From the human T2T-CHM13v2.0 reference genome, Homo sapiens, in assembly GCF_009914755.1 (NCBI RefSeq), contig NC_060947.1: 64,000 nucleotides of DNA, one strand, 5' to 3'. Positions 14,756 to 38,659 of the stretch are shown piece by piece; position 1 is the stretch's first letter; each line of letters starts with the position of its first letter. Made by a program: the position numbers and the translations under genes. The notes beneath the pieces are model-generated. The model was given only the letters and a program-made list of their open reading frames with translations. It was not told where the DNA came from and did not search any database.

Positions 14756-16959
14756 CTCACAGTTTCTTTATCCACTCGTTGACTGATGGGCATTTGGGTT
14801 GGTTCCATGATTTTGCAATTGTGAATTGTGCTGCTATATACATGCATGTGCAAGTATCTTTTTTGAATAATGACTTCTTTTCCTCTGGGTAGATACTCAG
14901 TAGTGGGATTGCTGGATCAAATTGTAATTTTACTTTTAGTTCTTTAAGGCATCTCCACACTGTTTGCCATAGTGGCTGTACTAGTTTACATTACTACCAA
15001 CAGTCTGTAGAAGTGGTCCCTGATCACTGCATCCATGCTAATATCTAATATAATAGATATATTTCTATTTTTTTGATTTTTTGATTATGGCCATTCTTGG
15101 AGGAGTAAGGTGGTATCACATTGTGGTTTTGATTTGCATTTTCCTGGTCTTTAGTTGAGCATTTTTTCTTATGTTTGTTGGCCATTTGTATATCTTCTTT
15201 TAAGAATTGTCTATTCATGTCCTTAGGTCACTTTTTGATGGGATTTTTTGTTTTTTTTCTTCCTGATTTCAGTTCGTTGTAGTTTCTAAATATTAGTCCT
15301 CTGTCAAATGTACAGATTGTGAAGATTTTCTCCCACTCTGTGGGTTGTCTGTTTACTCTGCAGGTTGTCTGTTTACTCTGATGACTATTCTTTATGCTGT
15401 GCAAAAGCTCTTTAGTCTAATTAGATCCCAGCTCTTTATTTTTGTTTTTATTGCATTTGCTTTTGGGTTCTTGGTCATGAAATCCTAGCCTAAGCCAAAG
15501 TCTAGAAGAGTTTTTCCAATGTTATCTTCTAAAAGTTGTATAGTTTCAAGTCTTAGGTTTAAGTCCTTAATCCATCTTGAGTTGATTTTTGTATAAGGTG
15601 AGAGATGAGGATCCAGTTTCATTCTGCTACATGTGGTTAGCCAATTATCCCAGGGCCATTCGTTGAAAAGAGTGTCCTTTTCCCACTTTATGTTTTAGTT
15701 TGCTTTGTCGAAGATCAGTTGACTATAAGTATTTGGCTTTATTTCTGGGTTCTCTACTCTGCTCCAATGGTTTATGTGCCTATTTTTATGCCAGTGCCAC
15801 ACTGTCTTGGTGACTATGGCCTTATAGTGTAGTTTGAAATCAGGTAGTGTGATGCTTCCAAATTTGTTCTTTTTGCTTAGTCTTGCTTTGGCTATGCGGG
15901 CTCTTTTTTGGTTCCATATGAATTTTAGAATTCTTTTTTCTAATCCTGTGAAGAATGATGGTGGTATTTTGATGAGGATTGCACTGAATTTGTAGATTGC
16001 TTTTGGCAGTATGGTCATTTTCACAGTATTGATTCTACCCATACATGAGCATGGGATGTGTTTCTATTTGTTTGTCATCTATGATTTCTTTCAGTAGTGT
16101 TTTGTAGTTTTCCTTGTAGAGGTCTTTCGACTGCTTGGTTAGATATATTTCTAAGTTGTTTTTTGTTGTTGCTGTGTTTTTTTGTTGTTTGTTTGTTTAC
16201 AACTATTGTAAAAGGGGTTGAGTTCTTGATTTGATTCTCTGCTTGGTTGCTGTTGGTGTATAGAAGAGCTACTGATTTGTGTATATTAATCTTGTATCCA
16301 GAAACTTTGCTGAATTCTTTTATCAGTTCTAGGCTCTTTCTGGAGGAGTCTTTAAGGTTTTCAAGTAAAGGATCATATCGTCAGCACATGGTAAAAGTTT
16401 GACTTCCTCTTTACCAATTTGGATGCCCTTTATTTCTTTCTCTTGTCTGATTGCTCTAGGACTTCCAGTGCTATGTTGAAGAGGAGTGGTGACAGTGGTC
16501 ATCCTTGTCTTGTTCCAGTTCTCAGAGGGAATGCTTTCAACTTTTCCCCATTCAGTATTATGTTGGCTGTGGTTTTGTCATAGATGTCCCTTATATGCCG
16601 ATTTTGTTGAGAGTTTTAATCATAAAGGATGCTGGATTTTGTCTAATGCTTTTTCTGCATCTATTGAGATGATCATGTGACTTTTGTTTTTAATTCTGTT
16701 TATGTGGTGTGTCACATTTACTGACTTGCATATATTAAATCACACCTGCATCCCTTGTATGAAATCCACTTGATCATGGTGGATTATCTTTTTGATATGT
16801 TGTTGGATTCGGTTAGCTAGTATTTTATTAAGGATTTTAGCATCTATGTTCATCAAGGATATCAGTCTGTAGTATTCTTTCTTGGTTTTGTCCTTTCCTG
16901 GTTTTGGTATTAGGGTGATCTTGGCTTCATAGAATGAATTACAGAGGGTTTCTTATCAG

Positions 16960-21920
<4,961 letters not shown>

Positions 21921-22545
21921 GATATGAAAAATCCACATTATACTGAACAGGGAAAAGTTGAAAGCATTCCCCCTGAGAACTGGAACAAGACCAGGATCCC
22001 CACTTTGACCACCTGTTCAACATAGTACTGGGAGTCCTAAGCAGAGCAATCAGACAAGAGAAAGAAATAAAGGGCACCCAAATTGGTAAAGAGGACATCA
22101 AACTGTCGCTGTTGGCTGATGACATGCTCATACACCTAGAAAACCCTAAAATACTCACCCAAAAAGCTCCTAGAACTGGTAAATGGACTTAGCAAAGTTT
22201 CCAGATACAAAATTAATATACACAAATTAGTAGCCTTGGTATACACCAACAGCAACCAAGCTGAGAATCAAGTAAAGAACTCAACCTCTTTTACAATAGC
22301 TGCAAAAAAAAAAAAAAAAAAAAAGAAATGAAATACTTAGGGATATACTTAACCGAAGAAGTGACAGATCTCTACAAAGAAAACTATAAAACACAGCTGA
22401 AAGAAATCATAGACAACACAAATGGAAACACATCCCATGCTCATGGATGGGTAGAATCAATACTGTGAAAATGACCATACTGCCAAAAGCAATCTACAAA
22501 TTCAATGCAATTCCCATCAAAATACCACCATCATTCTTCACAGAA
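21921..22545 (+). mobile_element. Internal L1PB-like ORF2 (RT) fragment
   Basis: gaaaagttgaaagcattccccctgagaactggaacaag; accaagctgagaatcaa; no tail or TSD. Confidence 0.75.
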
Positions 22546-23663
22546 TCCTAAAACCAACAAGAGAAAAGATGCAAATAACATATAAAGAAGCTCCACTTGA
22601 TCTGGTAACAGGCTTCTCAACAGAAACCATACAGGCCAGGAGGGAGTAGAATGACATTTTCAAAGTGCTGAAAGAAAATATGAAATAGAGATAAAGTATT
22701 ACCAAAAAAACAAAGCTGACAGAATTCACTACCACCAGACCCATCTTACAAGAAATGCTAAAAGGAGTTCTTCAATCTAACAAACAAACAAATACACAAA
22801 AAATTCCACTAACATGCACACAAACAATTAGGCACATAGACAAACCCAGAATACTGTAACACTGCAACTGTGGTGTGCAATTCACTTATAACTCCAGTAT
22901 GAAGCCCAAAAGACAAATATACCAAATCCAATAATGGCTAGAGCAACCTGTTAAAAGATAGGTAATGCAAAAATATGTAAATTGAGATAATTAGAGTCAA
23001 AATGTGGGGGGAGATTAAGTTAAAGTATAGAAGTTTTAAATTTTTTTCTTTGTTTCTATTCTTTATTATCTAAGATAAAACTCATGATTTCTCCAAAATA
23101 ACTTCATATATCTATAAGATGATTGTTGTAAGCCTTGTGGTAACCGTAATGCTAAAACCTATCATAGATTCATTAAAAATTGAAAACAACAAATTAAAAC
23201 ACACTACCAGGAAAAAAGTCACCCAACCACAGGAAAGACAATAAGAAAGGAAGAGAGGAGTAACAAAACAACCAGAAAGTAAGAAATAAAATGGCAGTCG
23301 TAAGTCCTTATTTATCAATAATAATATTGAATGTAATGGACTCAGTTCTCCAACTAAAAGGCATAGAGTAGATGAATAAATAAATAATTGAGTCTTATAC
23401 AACTGAGACCACAGAAATACAAAGAATCATTAGAGATTATTATGAACAGTTATGTGCCAAAAATTTGAAAACCTAGAAGAAATGAATAAATTTCTGGATA
23501 CATACAACCTACCAAGATTGAACCTTGAAGAAATAGAAAGCCTCAATAAACCAATAACAAATAATGGGATCAAAGCCATAATAAAAAGTCTCCCAACAGA
23601 GAAAAGCCCAGGATTTAATGGCCTCACTGCTGAATTCCACTGAACATTTAAAGAACCAATACC

Positions 23664-28905
<5,242 letters not shown>

Positions 28906-29083
28906 AGTAAGAAATGATAAATGCTTGAGGTGATACTTACCACATTTACTGATATTGGTAAATATGACTATTACACATCATCTACCAGTGTCAAAATATC
29001 TCATGCATCCCATGAATATACACACCTATTATGCACCCATAAAAAATAAAATCAAAATGTTTTTAAAAAGAAAGGAAAAAAAA
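28906..29083 (+). other. Putative L1 3' transduction (old L1MA-type 3'UTR piece with AATAAA and a second A-rich tail)
   Basis: Lies between the L1PA poly(A) and the 3' TSD copy taaagaactaatacc (29084-29098); the 5' copy is taaagaaccaatacc (23649-23663). Confidence 0.78.
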
Positions 29084-30426
29084 TAAAGAACTAATACCAA
29101 CTTTGCTCAAGCTCTTTTAACAAGTTGAAGAGGAGGGAGTACTTCAAAACTGATTTTATGAGGCCAGGATTACCTTGACAGTAAAACCAGACAAGAATAC
29201 AGAAAAAAGAAAAAGAAAGAAAAAGAAAACTATAGGTCAATATAACTGATGAGCATAGATACAAAAATTCTCAACAAAATACTAGCAAATGAAATTCAAC
29301 AACATATTAAAAAAGATCATTCACCATGATCAAATGAGATTCATCCCAAGGATGCAAGGATGGTTTAACATATACAAATCAATAAATGCTATACGTCCCA
29401 TTAACAGAATCAAGAATAAAAACATGATTATTTCAATAGATCTTAAAAAGCATTCTATATAATTTAACATCGTTTATGATAAAAAAATTATCAAACTGGA
29501 TATAGAAAAGACATATCTCAAAATTATAAAGGCAAATATGACAACCCCACAGCTAACATTGTACAGAATGGGGAAAAATTGAAAGCATTTCCTCTACAAT
29601 GTGGAACGAGGCAATGGTGCCCACTTTCACCACTTTTCTTCAATACAGTACTGAAATCCTGGCGAGAGCAGAGCAGAAAGGAGTAAAGGGCACCCAAATT
29701 GGAAAGGAGGAAGTCAAATTAGCCTTGTTTGCATGTGACATGAACTTATACTTTGAAAAACATAATAATCCCACCAAAAAACCTGTTATAACTGATAAAC
29801 AAATTCAGTAAAGTTACAAGATACAAAATCAACATACAAAAATCAGTAGTATTTATATTCACCAACAGTGAACAATCTGAAAAACAAATCAAGAAATCAA
29901 TCCCATCTGTAACAGCTACAAAGAATATAAAATATGTAGTAATCAATTTAACTAAAGAAGTGAAGGGTCTTTATGAGAAAAACTCTAAAAGTCTGATGAA
30001 AAATTGAAGAGGACACAAAAAATGGAAAGACATTCCATGTTCATGGCTTGGAAAAATTCATATTGTTAAGAAGATCATATTACCTAAGGCAATTTACAGA
30101 TTCAATGCAATCCCAATAAAAAACCCAATGACATTCTTCACAGAAATAGAAAAAACAATCCTAAAATTTATATCGAACCACAAAAGACCCAGAATAGTCA
30201 AAGCTATCCTAAGCAAAAAAGGACAAAACTGAAGTATCACATTACCTGATTTCACATTGTACTACAGAGCTATAGTAACCAAAACAGCATGGTACTGGTA
30301 TAAAAACAGACTCATAGACCAATAGAACAGAATAGAGATCCCAGATATAAATTCATGCATTTACAACCAACTCGTTTTTGACAAAGTTTCCAAGAATATG
30401 CAATGGGGAATTGCTAGTCTCTTCAA

Positions 30427-30662
30427 GTGATCATAGCTCACTGCAGCCTCAAACTCCTGGGCTCAAGTGATCCTCCTGCCTCAGTCTCCCAAGTAGCTGA
30501 GATAACAGGTGCACACCGCCACACCCGGTTAATTTTTTTTTTGTACAAACGGGGTCTCACTATGTTGACCAGGCTGGTCTTGAATTCCTGGCCTCAAGCT
30601 GTCGTCCCACCTCGACCCCCCAAAATGCTGGGATTATAAGCATGCGCCACCACGCCGAGCCT
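30427..30662 (-). mobile_element. AluJ lacking its 3' end and tail
   Basis: gtgatcatagctcactgcagcctcaaactcctgggctcaag ... ccacgccgagcc. Confidence 0.9.
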
Positions 30663-32949
30663 TGGGCAAAGATTTTTTGTGTAAGACCTCAAAAGCATAG
30701 GCAACCAAAGTGAAAATAGACAAATGGGATTACATCAAGCTAAAAAGCGTCTGCACAGAAAAAAGCTTCAACAAAGCAAAGAGGCAACCCATGGGATGGG
30801 AGAGAATATTTGCAAACTACCCATCTGACAAGGGATTAATAAGAAGAATATATGAAGCATTTAACCCAATAACAAAAAAGCGAATACTGCATTTAAAATA
30901 TGGGCAAAAGATCTGATTAGAAATTTCTCAAAAGAAGACGTACAAATGGCCCGCAGATATACGAAAAAATGTTCAGCATCACTAACCATAAGAGAAATGC
31001 AAATAAAATCTACAATGAGATACCCTCTCACCCCAGTTAAAGTGGCTTTTATAAAAAAGACAGGCAATAATGGATGCTGGCAAGGATATGGAGAAAGGGG
31101 TGCTCTCATACACTGTTGGTGGGAATATGAATTAGTACAGCCACTATGGAGAACAGTAGGGAGGTTCTTCAATAAATTAAAAATAGAACTACCATAGGAT
31201 CTGGCGATTCCGCTATTGGGTATGTATCCAAAAGAAAGGAAGCCAATATATCAAAAAGACATCTACACTTCCATATTTATTGCAACACTAACCACAGTAG
31301 CCCAGATATGGAATCAACATAAGTGCCTATCAATGGATGAATAGACTTAAAAAATTATGTGTGTGTGTGTGTATGTAATGGAATATTATTCAGCTATATA
31401 AAGAACAAAATCCTGTCATTTGCAGCAATATGGATGGAACTGGAGGTCATCATGTTAAGTGAAAAAATAAGTCAAGTACAGAAAGACAAATATTGCATGT
31501 TCCCAACTAGTATGTGGGAGCTACAAAATGAATCTCATGAAGACAGAGAGTAGATTAGTGGTTACTAGAGGCTGGGAAGGGTTGAGAGGAGCAGGGGAAT
31601 GAAGATAAGTTGATTATTCAATACAAATACATGGTTTGATAGAAGAAATAAGACCTGGATAGATCAGTAGGACAACTATAGTTTAAAATATTCTATTCTA
31701 TCACATATTTCAAAATAGCTAGAAGAGGAAAATTTGAATGATTCTAGTATAAGGAAAAGACAAATATTTAAGGTAATGGATATCCCAAGTACACTGATTT
31801 GATGTTTTCAAATTATATGAATGTATTAAATTATTGCATGTATTTTGAAACTATGTACCTATATTATGCATCAATAAAATATATACAAATAGTTTCATTT
31901 TAATAGGCAAAAATTAAATTTTAATTAATTTAATTAATTAAAAATTAGTAGGCAAAAATAAAATTGAACGGAAACTACTTTCTTTCACAAGTATATATAC
32001 ATATCGGTTTTTTTTCGGTGACATCAGAGTTTACTCTACTATTGTTTTCCAGCTCTTGCGTGCTCAAGTACACCCTTCAGTGGAATCAATATTCCATAGT
32101 TACGGGGGTTCTGTGGATCCTGTGAGTTCTGTTACTCCTTTGAATGTAAGTTTTCTCAATAAATCATATTATAGCTATAGTGTGTGTTGCTAGTGTTGTA
32201 GGTCCCCATTCAAATTGCAAGATAACAATTAAAAAATTGGGAGATACCATCAAAGAGAAGGACATCTGTAGAAAGTCATTTCAGAAACTTTGAACTAAAT
32301 TGAGAGGAAAAGACAAGGAAGATCAGCATCAAATATTCTAATAATTATTCAATAAGTTTCAGGATGAAACAGCTTTTGTAGACAGCAATAAGTACTTGTC
32401 TGTATCCTTAAAGAAATACGGCAGCAAAATTTACGGGACTAAGGCTCTAAAGAGAGGCATAGCAAAGGTGAACCATGTTAAAGGGAATCCAGCCAGGGAA
32501 ATAATAGAGTCTGGTCCTTAGTTACACGTTGCTTTGATGGGAAAATATCTCCTCCCTATGCAATTTAGAGAGGTGAAAGTGGACAAGATTTCTCTGCATA
32601 GTGGATGCTTTTGGAAGAATCACAACTTATGTTTCATATCACTCACTGAGGATGATGCCACAGGACAGAACCTAGCAGGATGTCTTTTTAAAAAATGTCT
32701 AAGACAGAAAGCAAAGAGAAAGTAAAAGGAAAGAAGTCACCCAGACTCAGCACACAGATAAAGAGAAGGGAGAGAGAACTTAAGGAGAAAATTCAACTGT
32801 TAGAAACTTAGCCTTTCTGAAAGGACTAGAGAAGATGATGCAACACTCGAAGTGTACTCCACTACTGCAGAAAACATATAGCAATTCAAAACCTGGAACC
32901 TTCAAAATATTAGGCAAAAATAATACAGTAATTAACACAATCGTGAGAA

Positions 32950-34020
32950 TTTTCTTCCAATTGAGTTGTTATTTATCCCTTTCAGTCCTTTGTGCTTTTG
33001 TTATCATATATTTTACTTCTACATATGTTATGCATCCCATTCTACAACATCAATTATCTTTTAAAGAGTTTTCAATAATAAGAAATCAAAATATCTTATA
33101 TATTTACATTTACCCATTCTGTTACCTTTGTAGTGCTCTGCATTTTTTGTATATAGACCCATATTTCCATCTGGTATCATTTTTCCTTCTGCCTGAAGAA
33201 AATGCTTTAATATATCTTGTGGTGTCAGCTCTGGGTTAGACTGATTGAAGGATTTTCTTTTTTCTTCATTATGGGTTATATTTGCCTGTTTCTTTGCACA
33301 CCTGGTAATTTTTTATTGAATGTCAGACATAGTGAATGTTGCTTTGTTGGGTACTGTATATTTTTGTATTCCTATAAATATTCTTGAACTTTGTTCTGGG
33401 ACACTTTCAAATTACTTGGAAACAGTATCATCCTTTTGGGTCCTGTTTTTATGATTTGCTGGAGAGGTCCAGAGTACTGCTTAGTCTAGGACTAATTCTT
33501 TCCCATTGTTGAGGCAAGACCCTTCTGAATACTCTACCCAATGCCCTGCGAATTATGAGGCTTTCCAGTCTGGCTGGTTGAGAACAGGCACCATCCTCGC
33601 CCTGTGTGAGAACCAATCGCTATTACTTCTAATTCTTTCAGCTGGTTCTTTCTATGGTCTTTGTTAATTTCCTGACATGCAAGTGCTGATCAGTACACTA
33701 ACTGCTAGGTAATCAAGAGAGACCCTCTGCAGATATTCAGTTCCTCCCTGCCCCACTGCCCCTCCAACTTCTCTGAAGCTCTCTCCTCTCCACTACACTG
33801 GCCTGCTACCTTGGTCTCCCAGGACTCTAAGCTCCATAACCTTAATTCAGGGAATCTGCCAGGCTCTGGCTGCACTCTCCCTCCTGGCACCATCTGGAAA
33901 TGCTCTCATGGCACTGAGCTAGAGCAGTCATATGGCCCATCTCACTTGTCTGCTATCTTGCAAGGATCCCTGTCCTTTGTTGCCTGATGCCCTTTGTTGT
34001 GCAAAGCACTGTTTCATATA
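32950..34020 (-). mobile_element. Ancient L1ME fragments
   Basis: ccatctggtatcattttccttctgcctgaaga and ttgaatgtcagacatagtgaat are L1ME-like. Confidence 0.55.
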
Positions 34021-34149
34021 TTTTGAAACATATGTTATATATTTCATGTATACATATATAGATGTATATATATTTGCCCCTCATATATATACACACACAT
34101 ATATACGAGGGGCAAATATATATACATATATACATATATATGTGTAAAA

Positions 34150-36060
34150 TATCTGCTATGTGCCAGGAACTGAAGATGAAACAGTAAAGACAGAGACAAA
34201 AATCCCTGCCCTTGTGACTCAAGTAGCTTGCATTTTGGGAAGAGTAGTCAGAAAATGTTAATAAGTAGGACAAATTAGTAAAATATATAATGAGTTAGAT
34301 TATAATAAATGGCAAGTAGAAAGAAGAACTGGGGGGAAATAGTTCCATTTTAAATATTGTGGTCAGGGAAGGCTGTACCTAGTAGGTGACACTTGAGCAA
34401 AGATCTGAAGATGAGTGAGAAAGAAAGCCAGGCAGTTGTCTGGGAGAAGAGTGGCCCAGGCAGAGGTAACACGAATTGCAAAGGAGTGGAGGTGAGGTTT
34501 AAGGTGTTTGAGGTACAGCAAGGTGGCCCATGTGTCTGGAGAAGAGTAACCAAGGGGAGGAGCCATCACAGATGATGGCAGAGAGGTAACAGGGAGTCAG
34601 ATCATGAGGGAGATGGAAAGCCATTGGAAGCTTTGAGCAGAGGAGTGACATGATGTCATTTAAGTTTTAACAAGATCACTTTGGCTACTGTGCAGAAAAT
34701 AAACTCTGGCAATGAGGGGGCAAGAGAGAAAGCATAAAGACCAGTTAGGAGTTTGTTGTAATAATCTAGAAGAGAAAAGATGGTAGTGTCAACTTGGATA
34801 GTAGCAGTAGAAGTGGTAAGAAGTGATTGGATTGTGGATATCTTTTGAAGGTAGAGTCAATGAAAATTGCTGATGAATTATTTTTGTAAGATGTAAGGGA
34901 AAGACAGGAATCAAGATGACTCCAAGTTGTAAATGCCTTGAGCGACAGAAAGAATTGAGCTACTATTACTGAGATAGAAAAGACTAGGAAAAGTAGATCA
35001 GGAGATTTGGACATGTTACCTTTGAGTTTTCAACTAGACTATCCAAGTAGAGATACCTAGTAGGTGGTTGGATATATGAGTGTAGAGTTCCACAGACAGG
35101 TCTGAACTGGATATATAAATGTAGGTGTTATCAGCATGAGTGACAGCAGTTACAAAAGAGAAGTGGTTCCAGGATTGAGTCTCTTGGAACCCCAATATAT
35201 AAGGGCCAAGAAGATAAGGTGAAAATGAGCAAAGACATTTGAAAAATAACAGCAGAGAGGTAGAACGTGGTATCCTGCAAATCAAATGAAGAGAGAGTTC
35301 AAAGAGGAGAAAGCAATAAATGTCAAATGTTGATGATAAGGTAAAATAAGATGAGAACTGAGAATCAATCACCACATTGAGGAAGTCATTGATGACTTTG
35401 ATAAACACTGATTGGAATGGGCTCATGAGAGAATGAGAAGAGAAGAACTGGAGACAGGGAATACAGATAACTCTTCCAAGGAGTATTTCTGCAAATAGAA
35501 GAGAGCTCGGGCAGTACATTGAGGGAGGTAGTACATAGAGGGAGGGGTTTTATTTTGTTATGTTTTTAGGATAGGAGAAATACTTGAGTATGGAAAAACT
35601 CCAGTAAAAAAAAAAAACGAAAATATATGACATAGAAGAGAGAGTAAAGAAATATTGGGGTAATGTCCTTGAATAGGGGAGAGGGCATTGGCTCACATGT
35701 ACAAGGAAAGTACCTTTGCTAGGAGCAGAAACGTGATGGCCATAGTAACAGGAAAGAAGGCAGGCCATAATGAATGGGCCAATAGGTGTATACATATAAT
35801 GGTATGGGCTTATGAAAAATCTGAGTCCTTCTATTTTCCCAGTGAAATAACAAGCATGACCATAAGCTGAGAGTAAGCATGGGAAAGGAGTTGTTGCAGT
35901 GGGGAGAAGATAGGAATAGTTGTCTGCAAGAGTGGAAGAGTGAATGAGCTAGGGAAATGTGTCATGACTGGCAGCAGAGGTAAGGGCCCACTTGAGATTC
36001 ACTGCCATGAAGATAAAGTGAGATAAGATGTGTTTTTCTCTAGCCATGTTCATCTAAGTT
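34150..36060 (-). mobile_element. L2 (LINE2) long fragment including an RT remnant
   Basis: L2 3' end tatgtgccaggaactg...aaatccctgccct; ORF 35034-35519 contains KVINDFL...STFD and HADNTYIYISSSDLS...ISTW, resembling L2 RT YADDTQIYISS. Confidence 0.85.
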
Positions 36061-36919
36061 TCAGGCTTCATGAAATTAATGTATGGTTCTTAACCATTTC
36101 TAGAAGCAAAAAAAAATCTACTTTGCCCACCAGTAACTCTAGTTGGATATTCCCAATGAGACCTGGTACTGGGAAAGTGGCCTCATGAAGGAGGGAATCT
36201 CAACAGGCCATTGATCTCCTTTCCCAGAGTGGGAGTCATATCCCTGATTGGTCACATACTTAATGGTTAAAAGAACAAAAAGCTAAGGTAAGTTGTAGGG
36301 ACACTTAATCCCCCACCCTTCATGGCTCCATGTAAAGAGATTTCTTAACCACTCCTAGCCTCTTTCCTCATCTTTTACTCATTTCTCCCCATTGGAGAAG
36401 TGACTTAATTAACTAGTAATGGATGATTAACTTGGGTATCTTTGCTTTGCCCTCCTCTTCTCTTTTGGGATCTGCCTGCCTGTGTGAAAGGGTACTATCT
36501 GGTCTGCTGGCTCCATGTTCCCAAAGGATCTGTGGGGCAGGATATGCCTCTGTGGAGTAGATCTGAAATTTTGTGGGGGATACTTTCAATTAAGGGAGAG
36601 AGGGATATATAGCATCGGTTAGGTCCTTAAAGCTAAGCTATGTTCTCTCAACAGCTTTAGAAGTAGTAAAGCTGATTATTTTGATTTCCACTTGTTTGAC
36701 CCCTGGCTTTATCTCTCAGTTGGTTGTAATCTCAGGTAGGAAGCATAGAAATATTTATTAGTTCCCTCATAGCCCAACACAATTGTTTATGTGGTTCAAA
36801 ATCAAACTGATTAGTTAAGGCAATGGGAAATCAATAAAACCATACATTGTGAAACTGTGTAACTATATGATAAAGTAGAAAATTACAAATCTGTTTGACA
36901 CACAGTGGGTGCTCATTAT

Positions 36920-37288
36920 ATATTATTTTATTTTATTATTTCCATAGGTTTTTGGGGAAGAGGTGGTGTTTGGTTACATGAATAATTTCTTTAGTGGTAA
37001 TTTGTGAGATTTTGCTGCATCCATCACCCGAGCAGTATACACTGTAACCAATTTGTAGTCTTTTATCCTTCACCCCCCTACACCCTTTCCCCCAAGTCCC
37101 CGAAGTCCATTGTATCATTCTTATGCCTTTGCATCCTCATAGCTTAGCTCCCACTTATAAGTGAGAACATAAAATGTTTGGTTTTCCATTCCTGAGTTAC
37201 TTCACTTAGAATAGTGGTCTTCAATTCCATCTAGGTTGCTGCAAATGCCATTATTTGATTCCTTTTTATGGCTGAATAGTATTACATG

Positions 37289-37319
<31 letters not shown>

Positions 37320-37645
37320 AAACAATTTCCTTACAATTGCAAGTTGTGCTGCTATAAACATGCTTGTGCAGGTGCCTTTTTCATATAATGACTTCTTTTA
37401 CTCTGGGTAGATACCCAGTATGGGATTGCTGAATCTTCTGGTAGTTCTTTACTTTTAGGTCTTTAAGGAATCTCCACTCTGTTTTCCATAGTGGTTGTTC
37501 TAGTTTACATTCCCCCCAGCAATGTAAAAGTTTTCCCTTTTCACCGCATCCCCACCGGTATTATTTTTTGATTTTTTGATTATGGTCATTCTTGAAGGAG
37601 TGAGTTGGTATGGCATTGTGGTTTTGATTTGCATTTCCCTGAAAT
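36920..37645 (-). mobile_element. L1PB 3' fragment
   Basis: tttccataggtttttgggga...ttctttagtggtaatttgtgagatttt; ORF2 C-terminal peptide REMQIKTTM. Confidence 0.88.
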
Positions 37646-37894
37646 TATTATATATATTTTGAATCAATTTGGTATAGAGGTAGAGATAGTTCGACCAGCT
37701 CAAGATTTACTACAAGCCTCATTTTGGCTATGAACAAAGCTCTGGGGGTATATTTTTACCTTGTTGCTAAAAGTTTTGTTGCAAATAAAAATTATAAATA
37801 GTTTTTTCCACAACCTTACTTTATAGTAAATATATAATTAGCTATATGCCCACAAAGGGCCCTGATAATAATAGTGATGCTAGTGTTAATGAGA

Positions 37895-38150
37895 ATCCTA
37901 GTAAGACCTAACATGTATTGAGTGCTTGTTTTATGCCAATGCTGTTTTCAGTGTTTCACGTGCATTAGCTCATTTAATTCCCACAACCACTACATGAGGA
38001 AGGTATTATCATTTCTATTTTGAAAATGAAGGAACTCACACAAAGATAATTAGTTTGACTAAGATCACACTGCTAGTAAAATGGCAGAGCAGTAATTCAA
38101 ACTCAGGACCTCTATTCCAAAGCATGCCTTCTTAGCCATTAAACTATACT
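37895..38150 (-). mobile_element. MIR SINE
   Basis: aacatgtattgagtgctt...catttaattcccacaacc...aagatcacactgctagtaaaatggcagagc. Confidence 0.8.
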
Positions 38151-38659
38151 GTCCAATATATGCTTCCTAGTTACAGCAAGATTGCTAAAGTACATACCAT
38201 GGGGAGTTACTTAAATCTGTAAAATCAAGTCCTGGTTTTCAATGGAATTCGTAATCTATGCTAAGCAACAGGAATGTACATTCCATGGATAACAAGACAA
38301 AGTATGCTCACGCTCACTCTGTCTTTCCTTGTTGGATAGGCTCAGAGATAAATATTTTTGACATGGATTTAAGGAGACTCTAACCTCTCACCTTTAGTCA
38401 ATAAAGTGACTCCTAATCTCCTTAATTTATAAATCAGCAGGGACTGAGAGGGCAAATCCTAATCTTAGGATTTTGGTCAGCTGAAAGTACAGTTTACTGT
38501 ACTGTATCTGGGAAAATATACTGAGACAGAAATCCTGTTAATGCTTCTAGGTCCGTGGCAACATGTTCCCAGAACACAAGCTCTTCATGGTCTAGAGTGT
38601 GCACTGCCTTTTGCACTTTCAGCAGTGAACAGAAGCAGCATTACTCTTTTAAAAAATTA

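Larger units (their letters stand above)
13801..16953 (-). mobile_element. 5'-truncated L1PB (PB1-like): 3' half of ORF2 and 3'UTR
   Basis: ORFs 14757-14960 and 15695-16042 (-) match L1 ORF2; L1PB-type 3'UTR text gtaagttctttagtggtgattt. Confidence 0.88.

Noticed and set aside
15342-15381. 20-bp tandem duplication ggttgtctgtttactctg in L1PB
   Set aside because: Ordinary slippage-type micro-duplication.
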